Positions 1 through 7,501 of a DNA stretch of 32,000 bases are shown piece by piece. The notes beneath the pieces are model-generated. The model did not search any database and was not told the origin of the DNA. It saw only the letters and a program-made list of their open reading frames with translations. Every line of letters begins with the position of its first letter. Position 1 is the stretch's first letter. The DNA comes from Halomicronema hongdechloris C2206 (GTDB lineage Bacteria > Cyanobacteriota > Cyanobacteriia > Phormidesmidales > Phormidesmidaceae). A program made the translations under genes and the position numbers. Where the stretch lies: positions 4,710,001 to 4,742,000 of the forward strand of contig NZ_CP021983.2 in NCBI RefSeq assembly GCF_002075285.3, given 5' to 3'.

Positions 1-12
1 TTGGAACTTTCT

Positions 13-591
13 TTACGCCATGCCGAAACAGGCCTGGACGGATACTTCGCAAGTTGGAAAGGCTTGCAGCCTGACAGATTGGGGGGCTTTTAGAACAAGC
101 TGACGCCGATACCCCCCGGGACTCGGCTCTCTGAATATATGGAGTTGCTGAGCAGAGAGGTTGAGAACCCAATAATCAAGAATGCCAGCGGCTGAGTATA
201 AATCGGCTTTGCTACCCAGATCGCGTTCCAGCGTCGTGTCAGCGACTTCAAGAATCAGGAAAACGTCTGTAGGGATCGGGTGATGACTAGCGTAAAAGTC
301 ATCTTGCGGGCGAACGACGGCGATATCTGGTTCCGGCTCTGAATAGTCGTCAAGCTGGATGGGATCTTGCATTCGCACCAGCGCGTGCTCTCCCAGTTGA
401 CTTTCGAGGAGCTTTTCAAGCCGCTTGCAGAGAGCGCTATGGGCCGGGCCTTTGGGCATTTTCTGAATGATTTGTCCGGCAATCAGCTCAACCTGTTCAT
501 CCGCACCAAGGATGCCGACTTCTGCCATGCGATGATAGTCAGCCGTGGAAATGAGACGAAGCTGGGTTAGCGATTGCGATGCTGCGATCAC
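13..591 (-). CDS. Uma2 family endonuclease (DUF820, restriction-endonuclease-like)
   Basis: 192-aa ORF. Its layout is typical of cyanobacterial Uma2/DUF820 proteins: STADYHRM..GIL, ELI.G.I, PEPDIAVV, FLILEVAD, YWVLN. Recognised from memory of the family; no search was run. Confidence 0.85.
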   Translation of the reverse strand: MIAASQSLTQLRLISTADYHRMAEVGILGADEQVELIAGQIIQKMPKGPAHSALCKRLEKLLESQLGEHALVRMQDPIQLDDYSEPEPDIAVVRPQDDFYASHHPIPTDVFLILEVADTTLERDLGSKADLYSAAGILDYWVLNLSAQQLHIFREPSPGGYRRQLVLKAPQSVRLQAFPTCEVSVQACFGMA

Positions 592-924
592 GGTTGTAGA
601 GGTCTAGCCTACTTGAATTCGATTATAGCGATGATGAATAGTGGTCCTGCTCCTCTGGCTACCCTAGAGCTCTACGGAGTGCAGCGCGGGCAAGATGTGG
701 ATTGTCGTGGATTATCGTGGTCTACCTCTGGATAAATCCTTTGAGGCTAACTCGTAACGCTTAAACATTGATAAGTACGCTTAAGTGTTAGCCGTAAACG
801 CTTAAACGTTACTTATGCTTGCTCAAGCATTTGGCCGTTTTGCTCAAGTCTTTGCCCTGATTGAGTCAGCCGTCAGGGAAAACCCTGAAACATTTAGCCG
901 ATTTCTGGTCGAATGATTAGCTTT

Positions 925-1029
925 GCTTAAGCATTAAGGGCAGACATATAAGCATTTGTCGAAATTGCTTAAGCGTTAAGGGCAAACGCTTAAGCATTAG
1001 GAGCAAACGCTTAAGTTTTTAGGGCAACT
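925..1029. repeat. Iteron-like 21-bp repeats with a GCTTAAG(C) core: three exact-phase tandem units plus one upstream copy
   Basis: The units read directly as 925-945 gcttaagcattaagggcagac, 967-987 gcttaagcgttaagggcaaac, 988-1008 gcttaagcattaggagcaaac and 1009-1029 gcttaagtttttagggcaact. Further (A/T)CGCTTAA(G/A) half-sites lie at about 757, 777, 798 and 1044, and a palindrome atgcttgctcaagcat at 815-830. Confidence 0.8.
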
Positions 1030-1332
1030 GCTTTCTGTTTTGGGCTTAACGCTGCCAGCGCAGCCACTAACCTACGTAGATTTCCCCAGATGGCGAAAAC
1101 GGGCAGCCAAAAGTTCCGGAGAACTACTCAACCCCTCCTCGATATCCCTGGATTACAGTATGGGTGTTCGCAATTGAGTTGCATGCATCAGGGATGCATC
1201 CCCGGAACGGTAAGGCGCTCAGGCTCCTGCTCATTTACCAATGACAGTCCTTACTCCTGCTGAGTCCATCACCCCCGATGACTGCCACTCAGCCTCGTTG
1301 TTCAACTGCTGTTCAACTCTGGAGAAAGACTC

Positions 1333-1698
1333 ATGTCACGACGTAAAAGAAGCTCGACAGTGCTTGAAAAAGCCGAACGCCGTATTGCCGGCATGCAATC
1401 TGTTGCAGATGATATTGACTTTGGCAGTGGGCTCACCCTAGCCACCTATGAAGCGCGGATTCAAGCCGCCCGGGAGAAACTGCAAGCCTATAACCGGATA
1501 CTCTCGATGGTGGACGGCGCCTACAACGACCTGATCGCAGCAGAGAAGGAGTTGATGGATTTTTCCGAGCGCATGTTGTCGGGGTTTGGGGTGCGCTACG
1601 GCAAAGACAGTTCGGAATATGAAATGGCCGGAGGCCAACGTAAATCCGAATACCGTAAGCGGACTCACCGCTCCACTGACGATGCCAATGTAGCGTAA
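1333..1698 (+). CDS. hypothetical protein (helical, basic C-terminus)
   Basis: 121-aa ORF with an ATG start, followed about 50 nt later by a strong intrinsic terminator. I recognise no domain. Confidence 0.55.
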   Translation: MSRRKRSSTVLEKAERRIAGMQSVADDIDFGSGLTLATYEARIQAAREKLQAYNRILSMVDGAYNDLIAAEKELMDFSERMLSGFGVRYGKDSSEYEMAGGQRKSEYRKRTHRSTDDANVA

Positions 1699-1749
1699 CC
1701 GCTGCCAGGCGTAACCCCTTCGTTTTCGATAGACCATAGGTACCTACTC

Positions 1750-1781
1750 GTGTACGGCCCACCATAGCCGTACACTTTTTT
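1750..1781 (+). terminator. Rho-independent terminator
   Basis: A 9-bp perfect stem gtgtacggc / gccgtacac (1750-1758 / 1767-1775) with an 8-nt loop, followed by TTTTTT at 1776-1781. It lies downstream of the 1333..1698 ORF. Confidence 0.7.
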
Positions 1782-1794
1782 AGTGATTGATCGG

Positions 1795-2279
1795 CGCCAC
1801 AGGATGGAAGGGGCAACACCCGATCCAAAACCATCGCGATCCACGCCCCCATCAAACTCGAAAGGTCTGGGAAGAAAGTCTTGAAGTGGCAATGAAAATT
1901 AAAGGGTCATAGGGGCGCCGACGAGTCGTTCGGATCAAGACCGGGCATCCGTTTACGGCCATTAGCCCAATTGCGGATGTGCATGCGAATCATAATGAGG
2001 CCCGGGATGCGACCCTAAGGCAACACCGTAGCACGTATCGTCGGCATCAAAACCTCTATGCTAAGACTCGTGGGGCATTACAACAGGCTTGGAGGTCCAA
2101 CGGCTCATCCATCATTGGGTCAGGTCCCATTGGGGTTAACATAACAGACCACTCCAGTGCTAGCAAAGCCATGCCCGCAGAGCTATTGGCGATGGGCTTG
2201 TGCGCTCGTCCCCTATCAACTCAGGACATCCTCTTGACGAGAGGGTTTCGATGTATCTCCTCTTAACAGACCAATGCCT
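1795..2279 (+). pseudogene. IS1-family transposase remnant (C-terminal part, with in-frame stop and frameshift)
   Basis: Reading across frames gives KVWEESLEVAMKIKGS*GRRR..HPFTAISP..VHANHNEARDATLRQHRSTYRRHQNLYAK..LEVQRLIHHWVRSHWG..ILLTRGFRCISS. This parallels the C-terminus of the fuller copy at 9659..10654. The terminal sequence cagaccaatgcc (ending about 2279) resembles the IR gaaaccagtgcc of that copy. Confidence 0.75.
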
Positions 2280-2428
2280 TTATATGTACTTAGTAACCCA
2301 TAGAGGAAGTAGTGGTACTGTGGAGGAGAATGGGCACTGTAATTCTGTATAAACCATTACAAATACTCTATGAAGCATAATAACTTGTATACACGTTTCC
2401 CAATTCTTCAAAAAACCTGATTTGGGTT

Positions 2429-2522
2429 TATAGCGGTTTTCAGAGTGAGGTACAACATACCTCCCGTAATGCTTGTATAGCAAGGCTCCTACGTACTTCA
2501 TCCGTCCGGGAACCGTTATATC
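2429..2522 (+). repeat. 95-bp repeat with terminal inverted repeats (MITE-like or structured RNA), copy A
   Basis: Near-identical to 5877..5973, differing by a 3-nt indel and two substitutions. The ends TATAGCGGTT...AACCGTTATA are inverted repeats. There is an internal hairpin gaggta-caaca-tacctc. Confidence 0.85.
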
Positions 2523-2557
2523 TATATTCTTCAAAATAAAGAAAATATATTTGGATC

Positions 2558-3178
2558 ATGATAGAACTACAAGCTGAGTCAATAGTACCTTCTTATTTCG
2601 GTGATTATCGAATGCTAGTTTTCTTAGAAAAACCAGGAGATTTGCAGCATATTGCTGTTGTATTTGGCTATCCTGAGAAAGAATTAGTTCCACTTGTTCG
2701 AGTACACTCTGCTTGCGTGACGGGTGAAATTTTTAGGGCAAGTAACTGTGACTGTAGAGAACAGTTAGATTATGCTTTCTCATTATTTAGAAAAGAAGGA
2801 CATGGTATTCTAGTTTATTTAGATCAAGAAGGCAGAGGAAATGGGCTTCCGGCAAAACTCAAAACTATGAAGTTAATCCAGGAGGGAGAATCTGTTAACA
2901 AAGCATTTCAGAGGCTCGGATATCCAGGTGATGCACGTCACTACGGCGTTGCAGCAGAAATTTTAGAAGAACTAGGAATTCACCAATCTATAGAACTCCT
3001 CACAAATAACCCAAAAAAAATTAATGAATTAGAGGCTGCAGGAATTCGTGTTGAAAGGCGTAGATCCTCCTATCTAAAGCCAAAGACAGAGCTCATTAGA
3101 AGAGAGTTAATATCTAAACGAGATGAACTAGATCATTATTTTCCTTCAGCGATAGAAATTGAGAAAAATGACGAGTAA
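2558..3178 (+). CDS. GTP cyclohydrolase II (RibA) family protein, atypical (Met at the catalytic Tyr position)
   Basis: 206 aa. It aligns by eye without gaps to E. coli RibA across RVHSxCxTGE, the zinc motif CDCxxQL, QEGRG.GL and LLTNNPKK. All three zinc Cys residues are present (C53, C64, C66). Confidence 0.9.
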   Translation: MIELQAESIVPSYFGDYRMLVFLEKPGDLQHIAVVFGYPEKELVPLVRVHSACVTGEIFRASNCDCREQLDYAFSLFRKEGHGILVYLDQEGRGNGLPAKLKTMKLIQEGESVNKAFQRLGYPGDARHYGVAAEILEELGIHQSIELLTNNPKKINELEAAGIRVERRRSSYLKPKTELIRRELISKRDELDHYFPSAIEIEKNDE

Positions 3179-4349
3179 ATCGATTATTCAATTTAGATCT
3201 GAGTGGAGAAAAGCAGTACATGAAACTCTAGTAGCATCATCAGCAACTGCAGGCGTTGTATTTGGTGGTGTGCGCTTGCTAAAAGAGTTCGGTCTATTGA
3301 CTGCTGTTTCAATTCAATCAACAGGCTCTATAGGATTATTAGCAGCTTTTAGCATATGCTTAGCAGGAGGCTTAATTGCTACATTGGTTCGCATGACAAA
3401 TCGATACATTAAAGTCAAAGATAATATTCATCTATCAGTAGATAAGGACGAGGTTATCTTAGACCTACTTAATGAATTATTTGACGAGAGGCGTCATGAT
3501 GAAGTAATTATAATTGGCTTTACTTTAAGTCGTATCCTTTGGGTTCAAGGGCGTTGGCAAACAAGAGTAGCGATTGGATATTTACTTGAGAAATCAGCAA
3601 TAACTACAAGTGAGCCAAATTATGAGGTTTATCTACATGCACTTGTTGACATGATTGGCTGGACGTCTGCGATGTTAGGAGATCATGTTACTGGAGAGAT
3701 GTACTTAAAGCGTGCTGTTCAGTATTCTAATGAGCATATTTCTAAATCACCAGCCTGTGCATACTACTTAGCAAAAGGTTATCGGCATTTAGGAGGAATC
3801 GCTTATAGAAAAGAAAATTTCTCCGCAGATGGAGGCGCAAAATTTTGGTTGGATAAAGCGTTGGAAAGTGCTGAAAATATTTCTTTAGATACTAAAAAAC
3901 AAGAAATGGTAGCAGGGATTGAATATGGAATTTCTGAAATTTTTATTCGTCAAGAATCTTACTGTGAAGCAGAAAAGCATTCATTAAAGTCGGAGAAAAT
4001 TTATACTGATATTGGTGATGAAGTACGTAAAATAAAAGTTTTGAATCAAAAAGGTCAAATTTATTTTAGTAAGAATGCCTATCCACAAGCATATTCTGCG
4101 TATTCACAGGCGATCTTCCTGGCTGAAAGAGATTCGAGAAAAGAACAGCGTGCAGAAGCTTATTATGGCTTGGGTCTACTTTACTTAGCTGAGGCTCAAA
4201 TTTCTAAAGGGCAAACAAGAAGCAAAAAGCGTAATAAAGCCATAGAAAACTTGGAAAAGGCGAGAAACTTTATGGAGGAAATAGGAATAGATTCTGATTA
4301 TATATTCGGAATAGAGAAAGAAATAAAAAGAGCAAAGCTATTTAAGTGA
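3168..4349 (+). CDS. membrane-anchored TPR-like repeat protein, unknown function
   Basis: The ORF is open from 3159 (TTG). ATG at 3168 is the likely start and overlaps the upstream stop by 11 nt. The N-terminus has a clearly hydrophobic segment (GSIGLLAAFSICLAGGLIATLV) preceded by a weaker one. The C-terminal two-thirds has TPR-like helical-repeat signatures (AYYLAKGYRHLGGIAY, AYSAYSQAIFLAE, AEAYYGLGLLYLAEA). Confidence 0.8.
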   Translation: MTSKSIIQFRSEWRKAVHETLVASSATAGVVFGGVRLLKEFGLLTAVSIQSTGSIGLLAAFSICLAGGLIATLVRMTNRYIKVKDNIHLSVDKDEVILDLLNELFDERRHDEVIIIGFTLSRILWVQGRWQTRVAIGYLLEKSAITTSEPNYEVYLHALVDMIGWTSAMLGDHVTGEMYLKRAVQYSNEHISKSPACAYYLAKGYRHLGGIAYRKENFSADGGAKFWLDKALESAENISLDTKKQEMVAGIEYGISEIFIRQESYCEAEKHSLKSEKIYTDIGDEVRKIKVLNQKGQIYFSKNAYPQAYSAYSQAIFLAERDSRKEQRAEAYYGLGLLYLAEAQISKGQTRSKKRNKAIENLEKARNFMEEIGIDSDYIFGIEKEIKRAKLFK

Positions 4350-5279
4350 ATGACAAGTATTGTAGGAGATTATGGCATTCTTATGCATGACGTCATTGTT
4401 TTAGGTGATATCAACCTAGATTGCTGTGTTTTAGGTAATCTTGAATTAGACTTTTCTTCATTGGTTGAAAATGGACGTATAGTTTGGGAGAAAATCGAAG
4501 ATCGTCCCGGAGGAACAGGCTTGAATTTTGCAATTTTAGCAAAAAAAAGAGGTTACGATCCTCTTCTAATTGGTCGAGTTGGAAATGATTTTCCTGGCGG
4601 CTTGTTGCTAGATTTTATCTCAAACTTAGGCCTTAATAAAGGAGTTTTTGTAGATAAAAACAACCCGACTGGACGAGCAGTTGTAGTAAGAGACGCAAAA
4701 GATATTCGATTGCTTATTGACAATAATACTAAAGAAAAATTGAACGCTAACCAGTTTCTGTCATTAGATAATATAAAATCTTATTCTGAAGAAATTAAAA
4801 ATTCCAGGTTTCTATATATCTCAGGCTTTTGCATAAAAGATAAATCTGTGCCAAGATTTGAGTCTGTACAACAGGCAATTGATATTGCAGTTAAAAATGG
4901 AACATCAATTATATTTGATGTTGTGCCGCATAAAATATACGAGGAAATAAGTTTTAAGCAACTTCGGGAAACTATTCCTCAGGCTAATATTGTGTTTTCA
5001 GAAGTTGCAACAATACGTCGACTATTAAGTTTAGGAACAACACAAGAAAATATTACTGAGAGAATTGCTGAAGAGACAGCACAAGCTTTACGAAAATTCT
5101 ATCACCGGTTTGCATTGCGCTGGGGCAGATCTGGTGTAGACGAAGAGATTATCTGGGATGGGATAGCAAGGAAAATGACTAGAAGATCCCATGATCATAG
5201 TAGTGCAGAAGAAAAACGTGGATTTGGAGATCAAATAGCTTTAGATGCGTTAGGAAATGTTTTTGGCCTTGGTCCCTAA
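4350..5279 (+). CDS. PfkB-family (ribokinase-like) sugar/nucleoside kinase
   Basis: 309 aa. It has the N-terminal VLGDINLDC strand, the GG motif (PGGTGLNFA) and the C-terminal anion-hole/catalytic motif as GFGD (canonical GAGD). Its ATG directly abuts the TGA of the upstream gene. Confidence 0.85.
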   Translation: MTSIVGDYGILMHDVIVLGDINLDCCVLGNLELDFSSLVENGRIVWEKIEDRPGGTGLNFAILAKKRGYDPLLIGRVGNDFPGGLLLDFISNLGLNKGVFVDKNNPTGRAVVVRDAKDIRLLIDNNTKEKLNANQFLSLDNIKSYSEEIKNSRFLYISGFCIKDKSVPRFESVQQAIDIAVKNGTSIIFDVVPHKIYEEISFKQLRETIPQANIVFSEVATIRRLLSLGTTQENITERIAEETAQALRKFYHRFALRWGRSGVDEEIIWDGIARKMTRRSHDHSSAEEKRGFGDQIALDALGNVFGLGP

Positions 5280-5327
5280 TATCAATTAAACTACTCTCTA
5301 TATTGTTGCACTGTCGATTGGATATTG

Positions 5328-5755
5328 AGTGCGATCGCCGCCCTCGTAGGTAACGAAACCCAACTTTAATGCTTATTAAACTCCAAGATCATCCTCAAAT
5401 AAAACGACGTTTTTCTCGCCCCAATCAATATCATAAATCCCATCTCAACATATCGATGAAAGCTCGAATAAAGCCAATCTCTCGGTCGATTTACAAATCG
5501 ATAATGCATTGGGTTGTAATGAATATGGAATGCGCTCCGTAGGAGAGTAACCATTTCAGGAACATGGAATAACGTTTGCCGTTGATAGGTGACAACCGTA
5601 AAAAAGTAAGTGCCACCCGGTGTGGTTGCTCGGCGGTAGCGTATTGTATTGCCCAATGTATTGATAATGTGAGTATGGACAATTTGATGGAATTCTAACG
5701 GTTGATGATGTTGGGTTGAACAACGTGAAACCCAACATCTACTGGGGCTGCTAGG
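5328..5755 (-). mobile_element. Internally deleted RAYT-like (IS200-like Y1 transposase family) element, copy 1
   Basis: The ORF 5366..5656 encodes IRYRRATTPGGTYFFTVVTYQR...LLRSAFH joined directly to IHYNP..RPRDWLYSSFHRYV. The N- and C-terminal signatures of REP-associated tyrosine transposases are present, but the central HUH/Tyr region is missing. A REP-like hairpin gttgggtt-N11-aacccaac lies at one end. Nearly identical to 7502..7944. Confidence 0.75.
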
Positions 5756-5880
5756 TAGCTCACGACGCGCAGCTCGTGGCAGTGATGTCAGCCTCCAATA
5801 TTAGTCACGTTTTAACTCTGAATCCGAATGATTTTGCTGGTATTTTGGGCATTAAGGTTGTTCATCCTCAGGAAATTATA
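5755..5880 (+). pseudogene. C-terminal fragment of a PIN-domain (VapC-like) toxin
   Basis: The translation VAHDAQLVAVMSASNISHVLTLNPNDFAGILGIKVVHPQEII matches the usual C-terminal layout of VapC toxins (HDA.LVA...LT.N..DF....GI.VVHP). There is no N-terminal part. It begins where the RAYT-like element ends and runs into repeat copy B. Confidence 0.5.
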
Positions 5881-5973
5881 GCGGTTTTCACTCGAGTGAG
5901 GTACAACATACCTCCCGTAATGCTTGTATAGCAAGGCTCCTGCGTACTTCATCCGTCCGGGAACCGCTATATC
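5877..5973 (+). repeat. 95-bp repeat with terminal inverted repeats, copy B
   Basis: TATAGCGGTTTTCACTCGAGTGAGGTACAACATACCTCCCGTAATGCTTGTATAGCAAGGCTCCTGCGTACTTCATCCGTCCGGGAACCGCTATATC. Same orientation as copy A. Confidence 0.85.
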
Positions 5974-6296
5974 ATTTTTAATGTGAGGAATTCTGGAAAC
6001 GCTGAATAAATGAAGTCTAACACCCCCAATGCACTCGACCGATTCAAATGTTATCTATGAGCATTATGCATTGTCGGCGGCGGATGATTGGAAACGTTGG
6101 GCGGCCTCGTACCTCGGTGGTGACATTGCAGCAAGGTTGCCTGTCGGTGTTTGGCTTACTCTGTCAAGAGGTTTATGGTTGAGAGGCCCTCTAAAATTAT
6201 CAACGCGTTAGCTATTATTTAAGAGGCTTTGTCTATATCGCAATGCCAGCAAGGCATCTATCCCCTCTACCCGCATTTTACAGGATAAGATATTTT

Positions 6297-6533
6297 ATGG
6301 TGAACATAACTGTTGATGAAATCCAAAAAGACCCACTAAAGTACCTGCGCCAAGTGGAAGCGGGTGAAACTCTTGTAATTATGCGCTTTAATCAACCAAT
6401 TGCCGAGCTGAGACCTATTGCTAGTAGTCAGCAGTTGCGACCATTTGGTTTGTGCGCAGGTGAGTTTACCGTTCCAGATGATTTCGATGCCCCCTTGCCA
6501 GAGGATCTACTGAATGCATTTGAGGGCAAATGA
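6297..6533 (+). CDS. Phd/YefM-type antitoxin (VapB-like partner of the downstream PIN toxin)
   Basis: MVNITVDEIQKDPLKYLRQVEAGETLVIMRFNQPIAELRPI is a typical Phd/YefM N-terminus. It overlaps the toxin start by 4 nt (ATGA). The ORF is open from 6243, but ATG 6297 fits family length better. Confidence 0.8.
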   Translation: MVNITVDEIQKDPLKYLRQVEAGETLVIMRFNQPIAELRPIASSQQLRPFGLCAGEFTVPDDFDAPLPEDLLNAFEGK

Positions 6534-6913
6534 GGATTCTGCTAGATACACATATCTTTTTGTGGTTCATTAGTGGCGATGCCCGGCTATCAATCGATGT
6601 TCGGGATGCTATCCGTGATCCAAGCAACGAAGTCTATCTGAGTGCAATTTCAATTTGGGAAGCAATTGTTAAGTACCAGCTGGATAAATTATCTCTGCCG
6701 GAGCATCCTGGAACGTATTTACCCAAGCAACGGGATCTTCATCAGATTGCTGGCCTCGTTCTTGATGAAAGCAGTGTGGTTCAATTGACTAATCTGCCAC
6801 TATTACATCGTGATCCGTTTGACAGAATGCTTATTTGTCAAGCCTTGCAGAATGGGTTAACTATTGCAACTGTAGATAAGGCAGTCCGCGCTTACTCAGT
6901 AAATGTCATGTAG
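6530..6913 (+). CDS. vapC: PIN-domain toxin, VapC family
   Basis: 127 aa. It has MRILLDTHIFLW (first acidic residue), SAISIWE, and HRDPFDRMLICQA with a late conserved Asp. The arrangement is a classic TA pair. Confidence 0.9.
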   Translation: MRILLDTHIFLWFISGDARLSIDVRDAIRDPSNEVYLSAISIWEAIVKYQLDKLSLPEHPGTYLPKQRDLHQIAGLVLDESSVVQLTNLPLLHRDPFDRMLICQALQNGLTIATVDKAVRAYSVNVM

Positions 6914-7112
6914 CAGCGCGGCCCAACACTACGTTGGTACGGAGGGCACAAAAGTTGAGTAGGGTGTTCCTATGCTGAAAAAGGAAGTGATGAAGAGGAT
7001 GATTATGAGCGATATGGTCTCTACTTCTCAGAAGCAATCGGCTACATAATTAGAGTGAATGGAAGTCGAGTCCCCCTTTACTACGGGGAGATTAAAGTTG
7101 TAAAAGCAACAG

Positions 7113-7379
7113 GTGAATATCATGCTATCCCACGAACCGGTCCTCGCCGAACAAGCTAAAACCTGGAAATTCCTGGAGCTATGGGTGGATCCAGTACTGT
7201 TTCCGCCCAAAATCCTTATGTTGATTGGTGACCAGGATGGGACTTGCCGAATTTTTAGCCCCGGCGCTAATTACAAATTAGTAGTTGCTCACTCAAATTA
7301 TGAAGCAGCAAGAGAATGGCTGCTTGAGGATGAATATGAACGGGTTCAAGGCCAACTTCTAGCAGAAGAAGTTCTTTGA
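7113..7379 (+). CDS. hypothetical protein
   Basis: 88-aa ORF with no recognisable domain. It is followed immediately by a hairpin repeat element. Confidence 0.45.
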   Translation: MNIMLSHEPVLAEQAKTWKFLELWVDPVLFPPKILMLIGDQDGTCRIFSPGANYKLVVAHSNYEAAREWLLEDEYERVQGQLLAEEVL

Positions 7380-7501
7380 TTACTTGCAAGTGACGGAGGT
7401 TGCTTAGCAGTGACTATGTAGCATAACAACCCCAATGCACCTGACCATTGAAAGTTTGTCAGTCAGTACTCAAGGGTTACTGCGACGGGTGATTGGGCGT
7501 T

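Noticed and set aside
925-1029. Possibility that the 21-bp tandem repeats are a CRISPR array.
   Set aside because: The units are directly abutting with no spacers, they are degenerate, and no cas genes are present.
2280-2534. 84-aa minus-strand ORF upstream of the RibA-like gene.
   Set aside because: Much of it is the 95-bp TIR repeat read in antisense. A protein is unlikely, because the same repeat at 5877-5973 is not embedded in an equivalent ORF.
6029-6211. 60-aa ORF (MHSTDSNVIY...).
   Set aside because: It starts inside the 6017-6100 palindromic repeat element and has no supporting features, so it is most likely a chance ORF.
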